From the IMG/VR virus record IMGVR_UViG_2671180724_000008: a stretch of DNA of 64,000 bases; one strand, written 5' to 3'. Below are positions 46,515 through 55,595 of this stretch, piece after piece. The notes beneath the pieces were generated by a model. That model had not been told where the DNA came from. It was given only the letters and a program-made list of their open reading frames with translations, and searched no databases. Position 1 is the first letter of the stretch, and each line of letters opens with the position of its first letter. The stretch is from a virus. Taxonomy: Duplodnaviria; Heunggongvirae; Uroviricota; Caudoviricetes. Made by a program: the position numbers and the translations under genes.

Positions 46515-47282
46515 TTATGCCGCGCTAACACTATGTTCAGTCCTAACCACCCCAACCTTCACAAAAGGGCTACCGTAGCTTGGTGGCTTCTTGATTAATT
46601 TGCCTACATACAGTTTTCTAATATGCTCATCGGCTATTCTGCCAACAAATTCATAACGTTTTGTGTCGGGGCCAAGAGCTATATCCCTTGTAAAGTACTG
46701 CTGAGAACCGGCTTTGACCCAGCATTCAATCCGATAAACTTCCATTATCAGCCCACCATATGTAGCGTAGGCATATTTGAGATTCTCGTCTCTTGGAACC
46801 TTTGCCCATACGCCACGCGTAGCTTCATATAATGCCAGAGCGGACATTCCTGACTTGTAGGTGCTGTTTAGCAGGAAGGCAAGACCGGCGTGCTCAGGAG
46901 CAATTTCAGTTTCCTCTTGCAGCACTAAGTGATGGTAGGCGTCCAGTGATATTCTGCCCATCATGGAACCACTTCCTCGTACCTTATTCGTAAGCTCTCC
47001 GACCCCCATAAGGTCGATGCATGTCGCCTCAACAAGTTTGGCTGTGGTTTCATCCATACCATGACGAAGTATATCTATGCCTAATTTTTTATTAGCCAAA
47101 AGTTCTTTGATCCGCATGGATTTGGGAGAGTCATCGGGATACTTGATGTGATCGAGACAACGAGTCGATTTGCCTTTTCCTATGTAAAACGGTCTTTTCA
47201 TCTTGTCTTCTGTATCATAGAGACAGTAAACATAGTATTTAGCCTTATCCAATGATCTCGCGTATACCGATAAATCGTCCAT
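46515..47282 (-). CDS. GIY-YIG nuclease family protein
   Basis: N-terminal YYVYCLYD...FYIGKGKSTR matches the GIY-YIG motif; only minus-strand gene within ~35 kb of plus-strand genes. Confidence 0.65.
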   Translation of the reverse strand: MDDLSVYARSLDKAKYYVYCLYDTEDKMKRPFYIGKGKSTRCLDHIKYPDDSPKSMRIKELLANKKLGIDILRHGMDETTAKLVEATCIDLMGVGELTNKVRGSGSMMGRISLDAYHHLVLQEETEIAPEHAGLAFLLNSTYKSGMSALALYEATRGVWAKVPRDENLKYAYATYGGLIMEVYRIECWVKAGSQQYFTRDIALGPDTKRYEFVGRIADEHIRKLYVGKLIKKPPSYGSPFVKVGVVRTEHSVSAA

Positions 47283-47393
47283 TATTGCATCTCTTAGCTA
47301 CTGACTAATGCGTTCTATTTTACACATAAGTTTTTAATCAATTTAACAGGCTCAAAGTGTAGAGCTTCTGGGCGTCTAAGACGACAAGTTATG

Positions 47394-47448
47394 CCTGCTT
47401 CCGTATATATAAATAATAAGTAACTTATTAAATATATACAGAAGCAGG
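47394..47448. repeat. 55-bp composite palindrome, copy 2
   Basis: cctgcttccgtatatataaataataagtaacttattaaatatatacagaagcagg followed by tcttttaaaag; matches copy 1 at 15189-15243. Confidence 0.85.
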
Positions 47449-47555
47449 TCTTTTAAAAGACACCACCAGAACAACTCCCTTCCGTTTCCACTTCCAAAAA
47501 CTGCCACCAGTCGCTATCATCCGCCCATTGTGATAAGTAAGTAACTACCTACCAG

Positions 47556-48305
47556 GTGAGCCACATGAGCCAAATCTTTTTCGACACCATCGACAACGAC
47601 CAGTACGACTTCATGACAGAGTGGAATACCGCTGTTATGGATAAGTGGGTTGCTGAAAACATTGGTTTGTCGCGTTGCAAAGACGAGGCTGAACTCTTCG
47701 ATACGAAGTGGTTTGATTACCGCGACATGCATCCTCTTATGGCCACCTGTCTGTTTACAGAGGCATACAAACGTCAGTACTCAAATATCATGCTGACGCA
47801 CGGTCGAGAACACTTTGAAACAGCTCCGTTCACCACCGGGTTAAAACGCCTGCCTTATCAGGAGTTGTCGACTGCCAATAAAACGTCGCTATGGAAAGCA
47901 CGCCAGTTTGCTGACCGCTATTGCTGCTCATACGACTACTTTATTTCCACCGTTCTTTCCGCAGCTGCACGACGACTGTGGGACAAGCTGCCGCGTCCGC
48001 AGCATTTGTGGCAGCCAGAACTGATTGAGATATTCGAAGATAAATTAGCCAGACGCGCAACAACCCGTCTGGATGACTCTCTGGTTAGCTTTAAGCATAT
48101 GGGAGACATGCAGTTCAACCCGATTCAGGAAAGCTATTTTGAGTGGATTCTGGAGCGTTTACGCGCCATCCCCCGCAGCAAGCGCATACGCGCAATTTTC
48201 TCCGCTATCTGGCTAATGGAAATCGTTCCAGAGCGCCTTATTTCCGCCCACTTTCCAGAAGAACTGGAAGAAGCACGGCGGTTTATTGATCCCCTATCTA
48301 ATTAA
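47556..48305 (+). CDS. Hypothetical protein
   Basis: 249-aa ORF at the head of the replication module. Confidence 0.5.
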   Translation: MSHMSQIFFDTIDNDQYDFMTEWNTAVMDKWVAENIGLSRCKDEAELFDTKWFDYRDMHPLMATCLFTEAYKRQYSNIMLTHGREHFETAPFTTGLKRLPYQELSTANKTSLWKARQFADRYCCSYDYFISTVLSAAARRLWDKLPRPQHLWQPELIEIFEDKLARRATTRLDDSLVSFKHMGDMQFNPIQESYFEWILERLRAIPRSKRIRAIFSAIWLMEIVPERLISAHFPEELEEARRFIDPLSN

Positions 48306-48313
48306 CTAATACT

Positions 48314-48330
48314 AGAAAACAATTTGTTTA
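48314..48330 (+). promoter_or_regulatory. Operator motif agaaaacaatttgttta upstream of helicase gene
   Basis: Member of the early operator family. Confidence 0.5.
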
Positions 48331-48348
48331 AAAAACAAAGGAAAGCAC

Positions 48349-49689
48349 ATGACCGAACTTTGCCATACAGGACGCGGGCTGTCCGAAGAGTTTGATGAAG
48401 ATTTCCAGAACAGACTGACGGCATATTTTTGTCGTGATCACGAGTTTCTTACTCGTGCGGGAGATCTGGTTGTGCCTAGCCAATTTGCCAATGCGGCCAA
48501 TGCCATATTGGTTAATATGGTTTCGGGCTATTACCGTATGTACAAGAGCGCGCCCTCTTCATCTGCAATTCTGGATATGCTTAAGCGTGCGAAACGCGAT
48601 AAGACTATCCGTGAGGAACTATTCGCCGATGTTGTTGCTGCGTTTAAGCGCATCCTTGCAGAAAAATTGTCCGATACCTCGTACATGGTTGACCAGGTAT
48701 CAACCTTCGCAAAAAGCGTAGCGTTTGATGATGCTCTGATTAAGGCTGCTGAACTGAAAGAGAAGGGCGACTTTCAGGGGGCGATGGCAATCATGGCCAA
48801 GGTTCAGCAGATTGGATCGAATGAAGCGACCGGAATCTATGACTACTACACCTCCGCAAGTGAGCGATTGAAAGCGCGTGAATATGAGGCTTCAGAGGAG
48901 TATGTACCAAACAGTATTACAACTGGACTCCCTCTTCTCGATAGGTTGCTGTACCAAAAAGGCTGGGCAAAGCGCGAAATGGTGCTCTTCATGGGGTTCG
49001 CTAAATCCGGTAAATCGACCGCAATGGGTGAGTTTTCCATAAACGCAACGCTTGCCGGCTACAATGTTCTGTATCTCTCGCTGGAGGTTCACACCAACAT
49101 TTTGTCCGACCGCTTTGATGCAAGATTGTCGGAGACGGAAATGTCCAAGCTGGTGGAACGGCGCGATGAAGTTCATCGTAAGTTGGCAGAGTTGGGAGCC
49201 ACGAAGGGGATTGGTAGTTTGTGGGTTGTTGAGCGTCCGTCAGGAAGTATGTCACCGGCCGATCTGGACCGTATGCTTAACAGTATGAAAGCCAATGGCA
49301 TGGTGCCTGACATGGTTGTTGTCGACTACGCAGATTTGATGCGTGCCAGTTATGACCTTCGTGATGATCGCGCCAATATTCGTAGTATCTACACCGATTT
49401 ACGTGCTCTTTATGACAAACATAACGTTGCTGGGATCACGGCATCGCAGACAAACCGTGAAGGTGGCGCGTCAGAAGTTGCCACAATGATGCACGCTGCC
49501 GACAACATCGAAAAAGTACGTATTGCTGACCTGGTAATAACGATCAACAAAACCGAAGAAGAAGAAGCGAAAGGAGAGGCTCGTCTCTACTTTGCTGGTT
49601 CGCGTAACCAGCAGGGAGGGATCAGCATTCGCGTTAAACAAAACCTCGAACAAATGCGCTTCATTGAGCGAATCTTAGACGTTACCTAA
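48349..49689 (+). CDS. DnaB-like replicative helicase (RecA-fold ATPase)
   Basis: Walker A GFAKSGKST, Walker B-like VVVDYADL, size 446 aa. Confidence 0.75.
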   Translation: MTELCHTGRGLSEEFDEDFQNRLTAYFCRDHEFLTRAGDLVVPSQFANAANAILVNMVSGYYRMYKSAPSSSAILDMLKRAKRDKTIREELFADVVAAFKRILAEKLSDTSYMVDQVSTFAKSVAFDDALIKAAELKEKGDFQGAMAIMAKVQQIGSNEATGIYDYYTSASERLKAREYEASEEYVPNSITTGLPLLDRLLYQKGWAKREMVLFMGFAKSGKSTAMGEFSINATLAGYNVLYLSLEVHTNILSDRFDARLSETEMSKLVERRDEVHRKLAELGATKGIGSLWVVERPSGSMSPADLDRMLNSMKANGMVPDMVVVDYADLMRASYDLRDDRANIRSIYTDLRALYDKHNVAGITASQTNREGGASEVATMMHAADNIEKVRIADLVITINKTEEEEAKGEARLYFAGSRNQQGGISIRVKQNLEQMRFIERILDVT

Positions 49690-49770
49690 AAAATAAGCGT
49701 GGAGAACACCTCCACGCTTGATTCATTGGTGAAACAACTTTTCTTTTGCCAAACCACAAAAGAAAAACAC

Positions 49771-50952
49771 ATGAGCCTTTATGTTATATCAACATTTAGG
49801 TTGGTCACAATATTGCCTGTTAAAAGTGGAATTATCGTGAGCGAGCTGAAAGAGCTAATTACCGAATTAGATTTTGAACAATGGTTGGACACTGAAGGTA
49901 TCGTTTATCGACGTGGAGGTGTGAGTGCTCGCGGTCGTGAAGTGAATATCAAGGAGTGTCCGGTATGCGGCAGCTCCAACTGGAAGGTATATTTCAATCT
50001 GACCAGTGGCGTCGGCAAATGCTTCGCTGGTGATCATCCCGAAGAGATTCAGTTCAATAAGCTGGTCTTCCTCAAGCACTACAGCGGTAAATCACGACGA
50101 CAGTTCGAGGAATATGTGCAGAACGCTCTTCTTTCCCAGGGGTGGGCACCAAAGAAAGAAGAGATAGTGCTTGCAAGCACAGTCGAGTTAGAGGGACCAC
50201 TTGCACTCCCTCGTCATTACGAGCTTCCTATAGATGGCCGTCTTCCAGACTATCTGGTTGAACGAAACATATCACCTGAAATGGCAAAGTATTTTGACCT
50301 ACGATACTGCGTCGAAGGCAAGCACGCTTATGTAGATCCGTATACAGATCAGGTAAAAGGACAGATATTCGATATGCGAGTACTGATACCGGTTTACGAT
50401 CTGGATGGGGTAATGAAGACATTTCAGGGACGAGACATTACCGGTACAGCAGACCGCCGCTACCTCTTTCCTATGCAGCTTCCAGCTTCAGGTAAGTTTC
50501 TCTACAACGGCCATAATGCGGTCGGCAAACAGACTGTAGTTGTCTGTGAGGGGGCGTTCGATGTTATGGGGGTTAAACGAGCTATTTTTGATGAAGAAAC
50601 ATTACGTGATTACGTGGAACCGATAGGAACGTTCGGGATGCATCTATCTGGTAACACCACTCAGGATGCAGAAGATCAGTTAGGCGCGTTCCTGACGCTC
50701 AAGGCGCGTGGGTTACGTAATGTGATCATGATGTGGGATAGTGAAAAGCAAGCTATACGCAACACTATGGCCGCAGCCAGGCGACTGACCAGTATCGGTC
50801 TTAATGTCAAAGTTGCGTGTTTGGGTGAGGAAGGACTCGACCCAGGCGGTGCAACGCCAGAACAAATTATCAAAGCCTATTATCGGGCAAAACCGTATAC
50901 CAAACAGTTGGAGTTGCAAAGCAAGGTTTTGGGCATTAAGGCTCTATCGTAA
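49771..50952 (+). CDS. DNA primase (zinc-finger + TOPRIM)
   Basis: CPVCGSSNWKV...C zinc-binding motif and TOPRIM-like VVVCEGAFD; start set at ATG 49771 because the 49699 start lies inside a hairpin. Confidence 0.75.
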   Translation: MSLYVISTFRLVTILPVKSGIIVSELKELITELDFEQWLDTEGIVYRRGGVSARGREVNIKECPVCGSSNWKVYFNLTSGVGKCFAGDHPEEIQFNKLVFLKHYSGKSRRQFEEYVQNALLSQGWAPKKEEIVLASTVELEGPLALPRHYELPIDGRLPDYLVERNISPEMAKYFDLRYCVEGKHAYVDPYTDQVKGQIFDMRVLIPVYDLDGVMKTFQGRDITGTADRRYLFPMQLPASGKFLYNGHNAVGKQTVVVCEGAFDVMGVKRAIFDEETLRDYVEPIGTFGMHLSGNTTQDAEDQLGAFLTLKARGLRNVIMMWDSEKQAIRNTMAAARRLTSIGLNVKVACLGEEGLDPGGATPEQIIKAYYRAKPYTKQLELQSKVLGIKALS

Positions 50953-51027
50953 CAAACGCCGTTAAAATAAGTAGATGATTACTTATCTTTCTGTAAGAAT
51001 ACTTTCATCTGTTAGCTAGGAGTTGGT

Positions 51028-51810
51028 ATGAAAGACGAAATTCAGAAATTAGCCTGCGACATCATTGATAAAACTGGTTTAGAAATCAGCGAGAGCAATC
51101 GACTAGACATCATTGAAAAAGCGGTAAAAACAGCAATGGATCATATCGCCACTCGTTTGGTTGAGATCCCGCTACCAGGGCTACCTTATCTGAAGGTTGA
51201 GTTACACGTATGGGGTGAACCTTCTTGTGCACGGCGTTCTGCATTAGTTGTTTTTATTAGCAAAGAAAACCCGCTCAGTCTTAAAGTGCAGGTTGGTGCA
51301 TGGATGGATGGAAAAGTGATCTACACAAATACCGTTTTTTGTGCGCCAAACGACAGTATTATTGAAGAGGCTATTCAGGAATCACTTCTAACTATGCATA
51401 GCTTAGTTTTGCTGGAAGACAAGCAAAACTACGAAGAGTACTTACGGTCGATAAAAGGTGAGAGAACATTGTCACTTAAAGCCGATTTTGTTACCCCGAC
51501 AAACCTGTTGGAAGTCTTGCTTAATAAAGGGGCTAATGATGCCGTAAATGTAATCAGAGAGAGTGAGTATGCGTCTCTTTGCGACATGTGCAAAAGCCAG
51601 TTGGATCTGGTGCATATCGTTATTGATGCTGGGAAGGCATGTGATGGCGTAATGGCGGAATTTGCTGGGAAGATGGTCAGGATTGCTAACGAATTACCGA
51701 TGATAGAGCAAGAGGCTAAATCATACGCCACCAATCATGTCACAGAGCTTCTTGTCCCCTATCGCTTAGAAAGCAATCAGCGCAAGATGGTTAGCTGGGG
51801 AAGTTGGTAA
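51028..51810 (+). CDS. Hypothetical protein
   Basis: 260-aa ORF. Confidence 0.5.
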   Translation: MKDEIQKLACDIIDKTGLEISESNRLDIIEKAVKTAMDHIATRLVEIPLPGLPYLKVELHVWGEPSCARRSALVVFISKENPLSLKVQVGAWMDGKVIYTNTVFCAPNDSIIEEAIQESLLTMHSLVLLEDKQNYEEYLRSIKGERTLSLKADFVTPTNLLEVLLNKGANDAVNVIRESEYASLCDMCKSQLDLVHIVIDAGKACDGVMAEFAGKMVRIANELPMIEQEAKSYATNHVTELLVPYRLESNQRKMVSWGSW

Positions 51811-51865
51811 TCTCTCCGCGCGTCGTTTTTTACGCAAATAACGATAGGTAAGTACAAGATTATTT

Positions 51866-52348
51866 ATGGCGGTAGTTGTGAAAGCTGATTTGTCAAAAAT
51901 CCCCTCTATTTCAGGAAATAATGGTTATTCACTTCGTTGTGAGGAAGTAAAGATAAACGGTGAGTCGGCATATTGCAGCTACTCCGTTTGCCAGCACACC
52001 ATTCTTGCCTTCAAAGAAAACCGTCTTCCTCGAACTTCATTCCAGTCGTGCGCAACCACTATCAAAGCAGGCAAATGCAAGGCGTTAAAAATGATGGTTG
52101 AAGAGATTCGTAAAGGAGAATCTCTGTATTTCGAAGATATGACCGCGCTCATTAAGGAGGTTGAAGAACGGAATAAACAAGCCAGAACTATAAAACGAAA
52201 ACGTGACAGTGTAACGATTAATAGCATGGTTAAGAAGAGCACCACATCACAAACAGCGATCACTGACGTGTATGCGGCGTTGCTTGAAGAAACAACAAAA
52301 GAAACACATGAGCAAATCGATCAACATATGGAGGCAAAACAACAATGA
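51866..52348 (+). CDS. Hypothetical protein (Cys-containing, basic)
   Basis: 160-aa ORF. Confidence 0.5.
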   Translation: MAVVVKADLSKIPSISGNNGYSLRCEEVKINGESAYCSYSVCQHTILAFKENRLPRTSFQSCATTIKAGKCKALKMMVEEIRKGESLYFEDMTALIKEVEERNKQARTIKRKRDSVTINSMVKKSTTSQTAITDVYAALLEETTKETHEQIDQHMEAKQQ

Positions 52349-53667
52349 AAAAGTTGATCGCACTTAAGCATAAGCTGGACGAAATGAAAGCTATGGGAAC
52401 CAATGCAAAAAAAGAGGCATTGGCCAACATGGATGACTTCGAGCAAAGCATGGTTTCATTGATGCTCAACCCTTTCATCCGTTTTGGGGTAAAGAAATAC
52501 AAAGTGGCAGAGCCGCTTAGTGAGTCCGTCCCAAGTGACGAAAAAGCCATTGATATACTGAATAAGCTGGCCTCTCGCGAGCTGACGGGGAACGCAGCAA
52601 TAGCTGCTGTTGAGTCTATCGTGGCGTCAATGTGCGCCGATGGGCAGGACGTGTTCCGTCGTTTCCTCTTAAAAGATCCGAAAGCTGGCGTTGGGATTAG
52701 CCTATGCAACAAGGTTTTTGAAAATCCCATTCCGAAATTCGAGGTGCAGCTGGCGTCACCGTATAAAGAAAAAGGCGACAAATACCCCTTCAAGCCAAAT
52801 CCTAAAGCAAAATGGCCGATGATTGGCAGCCTTAAGCTCGATGGTTTGCGAGTAATTTGCGAGGTTATTGTTGACGAGGAAGAGGTGAACTTCCTTTCTC
52901 GTACTGGTAATCCAATCACGTCTCTCGATCACCTAAAGCCAGCCATGCTCGAATTAGGCAAACTTTCAGGCCACAAACACATCTTCTTCGATGGTGAAGG
53001 AACAGCCGGTTCATTTAACAAGTCCGTATCTGCATTGCGCAAAAAGAACGTGCAGGCAATTGGCGCTATTTATCATGTTTTCGACTTCTTCCTACCGGAA
53101 TGGCGGGCACAGGCTAAATCCAAAGAGTATGCAAAGACAGGTATGAAGCTGAAAGAGCGCCTGGCTATTCTCGTGGCGTTGTTCAAAAACGATCGCAGTG
53201 AAGACTACGCGCAAGACATTCACCTACATCCGTTCTACATCATCCATAGCCACGAAGACTTCATCGAACGCTTCATGAAACGCCTGGACGATAACGAAGA
53301 AGGGGAGATGGGCAAAGATCCGAACTCTGTTTACGAGTTTAAACGTACCCGCAGCTGGTGGAAGTTAAAAGACGAAGATTCAGAAGATGGTGAAATTATC
53401 GACTTTGAGCCGGGCGACCCGGACTCTGGTTTTGCCAACACACTTGGAAAAATTGTTATTCGTCTTGAAAACGGCGTCATCGTTCGTGCGAGCGGCATTA
53501 AGCATAAATATCTGGACGAGATCTGGAACAACAAAGAGAAGTACCGTGGTCGTATTGTCGAGGTTCATTGTCACGAGAAAACACCGGACGGCAGCTTACG
53601 CCACCCACGACTGAAATGGCCGCGTTGCTTACGCGATACAGAAGATCGAATCGGAGATAAAGAATGA
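52345..53667 (+). CDS. ATP-dependent DNA ligase
   Basis: Adenylation motif GSLKLDGLR (KxDG), size 440 aa. Confidence 0.8.
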   Translation: MKKLIALKHKLDEMKAMGTNAKKEALANMDDFEQSMVSLMLNPFIRFGVKKYKVAEPLSESVPSDEKAIDILNKLASRELTGNAAIAAVESIVASMCADGQDVFRRFLLKDPKAGVGISLCNKVFENPIPKFEVQLASPYKEKGDKYPFKPNPKAKWPMIGSLKLDGLRVICEVIVDEEEVNFLSRTGNPITSLDHLKPAMLELGKLSGHKHIFFDGEGTAGSFNKSVSALRKKNVQAIGAIYHVFDFFLPEWRAQAKSKEYAKTGMKLKERLAILVALFKNDRSEDYAQDIHLHPFYIIHSHEDFIERFMKRLDDNEEGEMGKDPNSVYEFKRTRSWWKLKDEDSEDGEIIDFEPGDPDSGFANTLGKIVIRLENGVIVRASGIKHKYLDEIWNNKEKYRGRIVEVHCHEKTPDGSLRHPRLKWPRCLRDTEDRIGDKE

Positions 53668-53843
53668 TGCTCGGCTGGATGATTGCATTTTTAGCGGTTG
53701 GTTTTTTAATCGGTATTGTGGTGATGTCCAGTTGCATCAATGACTACATTAAAAGCGGTGTTATAGAACGACGCGGTCGTATTTATCGCATTGTAGAAAT
53801 AACCCACACAGTGAAGGAGATTAAGGATGATCGTATTAAGTAA
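53664..53843 (+). CDS. Small membrane protein (59 aa)
   Basis: Below the ORF-track cutoff; transmembrane helix plus RIYRIVEITH motif shared with the 54039 paralogue; ATGA overlap with ligase. Confidence 0.4.
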   Translation: MMLGWMIAFLAVGFLIGIVVMSSCINDYIKSGVIERRGRIYRIVEITHTVKEIKDDRIK

Positions 53844-54042
53844 GCGGGAGAAGGAAACGCTTCATGAAATCAGTAAGTGGCCGGAGTTCCCTGAGTACTG
53901 GAAGCCTAAAACGCGGGCTAAGTTAGAGCGGTTAGGGTTGGTTGCAAACGTTTCTGAAACGTGGTGTTCGGCCAACTACCAGTTAACTGATAAAGGGAAA
54001 GTATTGCTACAGCAATTAGTAGAATCAGGAGCGTTCAAATGA
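53827..54042 (+). CDS. Hypothetical small protein
   Basis: 71-aa ORF; ATGA overlap with next gene. Confidence 0.45.
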   Translation: MIVLSKREKETLHEISKWPEFPEYWKPKTRAKLERLGLVANVSETWCSANYQLTDKGKVLLQQLVESGAFK

Positions 54043-54191
54043 TTCCATACATCTCATTAGCTTTTATGGGTGGCTTCCTTATTGGCTTCGGCATCTGTCG
54101 TGATTTAATTAAGCAGGAACTTAAAACCAAAACACTGTGCATCGGAAAGCGTGTGTATCGGGTAGTTCATGAAACAAAGGTGAAAAAATGA
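54039..54191 (+). CDS. Small membrane protein (50 aa), paralogue of 53664-53843
   Basis: MIPYISLAFMGGFLIGF... single transmembrane helix; RVYRVVHETKV motif; ATGA overlaps on both sides. Confidence 0.4.
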   Translation: MIPYISLAFMGGFLIGFGICRDLIKQELKTKTLCIGKRVYRVVHETKVKK

Positions 54192-54478
54192 GCAATTTAA
54201 CTTCTTGGGAATGGTGGTTGGCCACCTATTTCTTAGCGGCCGGAGTCGCATTCGCCTTTTACGTAGGTCAGTTAGTCGTAAAACTGTTGCTGATTAAATT
54301 TGCTAGTCATAAACGTATCGATGATGGTCTGTGGCGTCTTGGCACCCTGGTGGAAACTCGCTACGGGCAACTTAAGGAGAACGAAACCATTACTATCCAA
54401 GCGAAACGATTCACTGCCACCATCACAAGAACACCTAGTCGTAGAGTGGCATTGATCAAAAAAGTCACAACCGAATAA
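54188..54478 (+). CDS. Small membrane protein (96 aa)
   Basis: N-terminal transmembrane helix; basic C-terminus. Confidence 0.5.
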   Translation: MSNLTSWEWWLATYFLAAGVAFAFYVGQLVVKLLLIKFASHKRIDDGLWRLGTLVETRYGQLKENETITIQAKRFTATITRTPSRRVALIKKVTTE

Positions 54479-54868
54479 AAACATATTGATAAGTATTTAC
54501 TTACTTATCTTTTGTGTATAAGATGACTTTGTTTTCGTTGAGACGCGACTGTTTGAACTTAAATACAAGTGCAAACGAAGAAGTCTATCTGGCAGTAGCC
54601 TAATAAGCCAAACACCAGCGAGGTCAGTTTCCAGCCTCGTTACCGAAATGGGACACACTGAGCGAGTGTGATTGCAGAACGCAGGAGGGAACATTCATGT
54701 TCCCTCCGATGAAGTAACAGAATGGGCGGTTGGTATATTTTCAACTCCATATGACTCCCGGATTCTTAGCCACTGACCGCCCATCCTGTTACGTCATTTT
54801 GTTCAATTATGTCGTTTATACTGGGTTAAAAAGCGGCGACGTAGCCCGGCTGGTATGGTTAGCCAGCA

Positions 54869-54990
54869 CACAACGTTGAGGCCATTACATTTTTATCAAT
54901 TCTAAGGTTCTATTCACAGAGATACCGGCGAGCGTTGATATGTAACATGTTGGGCAAACATTCAATCGGAGTAGTGGCCTCAACGTTGTG
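54869..54990. repeat. Long-range inverted repeat (20-bp arms cacaacgttgaggccattac / gtagtggcctcaacgttgtg, ~80-nt loop)
   Basis: Read directly; one of five large hairpins in the tRNA region. Confidence 0.6.
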
Positions 54991-55255
54991 AAGACGGGAT
55001 TGTTGTGTAGGTTTAACCACTGTTGCCATTGGTGCCTGTTTTCACAACAAATGATTCCATACATCACATTGTATAAATTACAAAGTAGGTGCTGTCCTCA
55101 GAAACATCATCTACTTAAAGATTTTGCCTTCTACTATTGAGCGAAGTCGAAAGCGTCTGGCACTAACGAAAAGTGCAAGTAGCGGTGCGTTTCCTGGCAG
55201 AAACTAAACCGTCGCGATTGGCACTGTTGAGTAATAAATACTGGCAGTGCTGAAT

Positions 55256-55331
55256 TGATGGTGTAGCTCAGCGGTAGAGCAGTTGGCTGTTAACCAACTG
55301 GTCGGTGGTTCGAATCCACCCACCATCGCCA
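55256..55331 (+). tRNA. tRNA-Asn (anticodon GTT), phage-type
   Basis: Manual cloverleaf fold: acceptor GATGGTG/CACCATC, anticodon loop CTGTTAA, T-loop GGTTCGAATCC, encoded CCA; differs from E. coli tRNA-Asn. Confidence 0.85.
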
Positions 55332-55336
55332 ATTTA

Positions 55337-55423
55337 GGGGAGTTAGTCCGTAGAGGTAGCGGTGTAGACTGTAAATCTACTGTCATTGCGACTCGGGTGG
55401 TTCGACTCCATCACTCCCCACCA
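55337..55423 (+). tRNA. tRNA-Tyr (anticodon GTA) with long variable arm
   Basis: Acceptor GGGGAGT/ACTCCCC, anticodon loop CTGTAAA, T-loop GGTTCGACTCC, encoded CCA. Confidence 0.8.
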
Positions 55424-55427
55424 AATT

Positions 55428-55503
55428 GCCGGTTTAGCTCAGTTGGTAGAGCGCCTGCCTTGTAAGCAGGATGTCAGCGGTTCGTGTCCGTTAACCGGCA
55501 CCA
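55428..55503 (+). tRNA. tRNA-Thr (anticodon TGT)
   Basis: Acceptor GCCGGTT/AACCGGC, anticodon loop CTTGTAA, T-loop GGTTCGTGTCC, encoded CCA. Confidence 0.8.
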
Positions 55504-55507
55504 ACAT

Positions 55508-55595
55508 AATATTGAGAACATTGGCGTAACGGGGTCATATCCCAATCTATGAATAAATGTTACGTTGCCGCGTGACAACCAGTGTTCTCAACATT
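55508..55595. repeat. Nested inverted repeat immediately 3' of tRNA-Thr (aatattgagaacattgg / ccagtgttctcaacatt with inner cgtaac/gttacg)
   Basis: Read directly; candidate processing element or small structured RNA. Confidence 0.55.

Noticed and set aside
49699-49770. Upstream GTG start for the primase at 49699
   Set aside because: The GTG lies inside a hairpin (agcgtggag...ctccacgct) right after the helicase stop; ATG 49771 downstream of an operator-like motif is more plausible.
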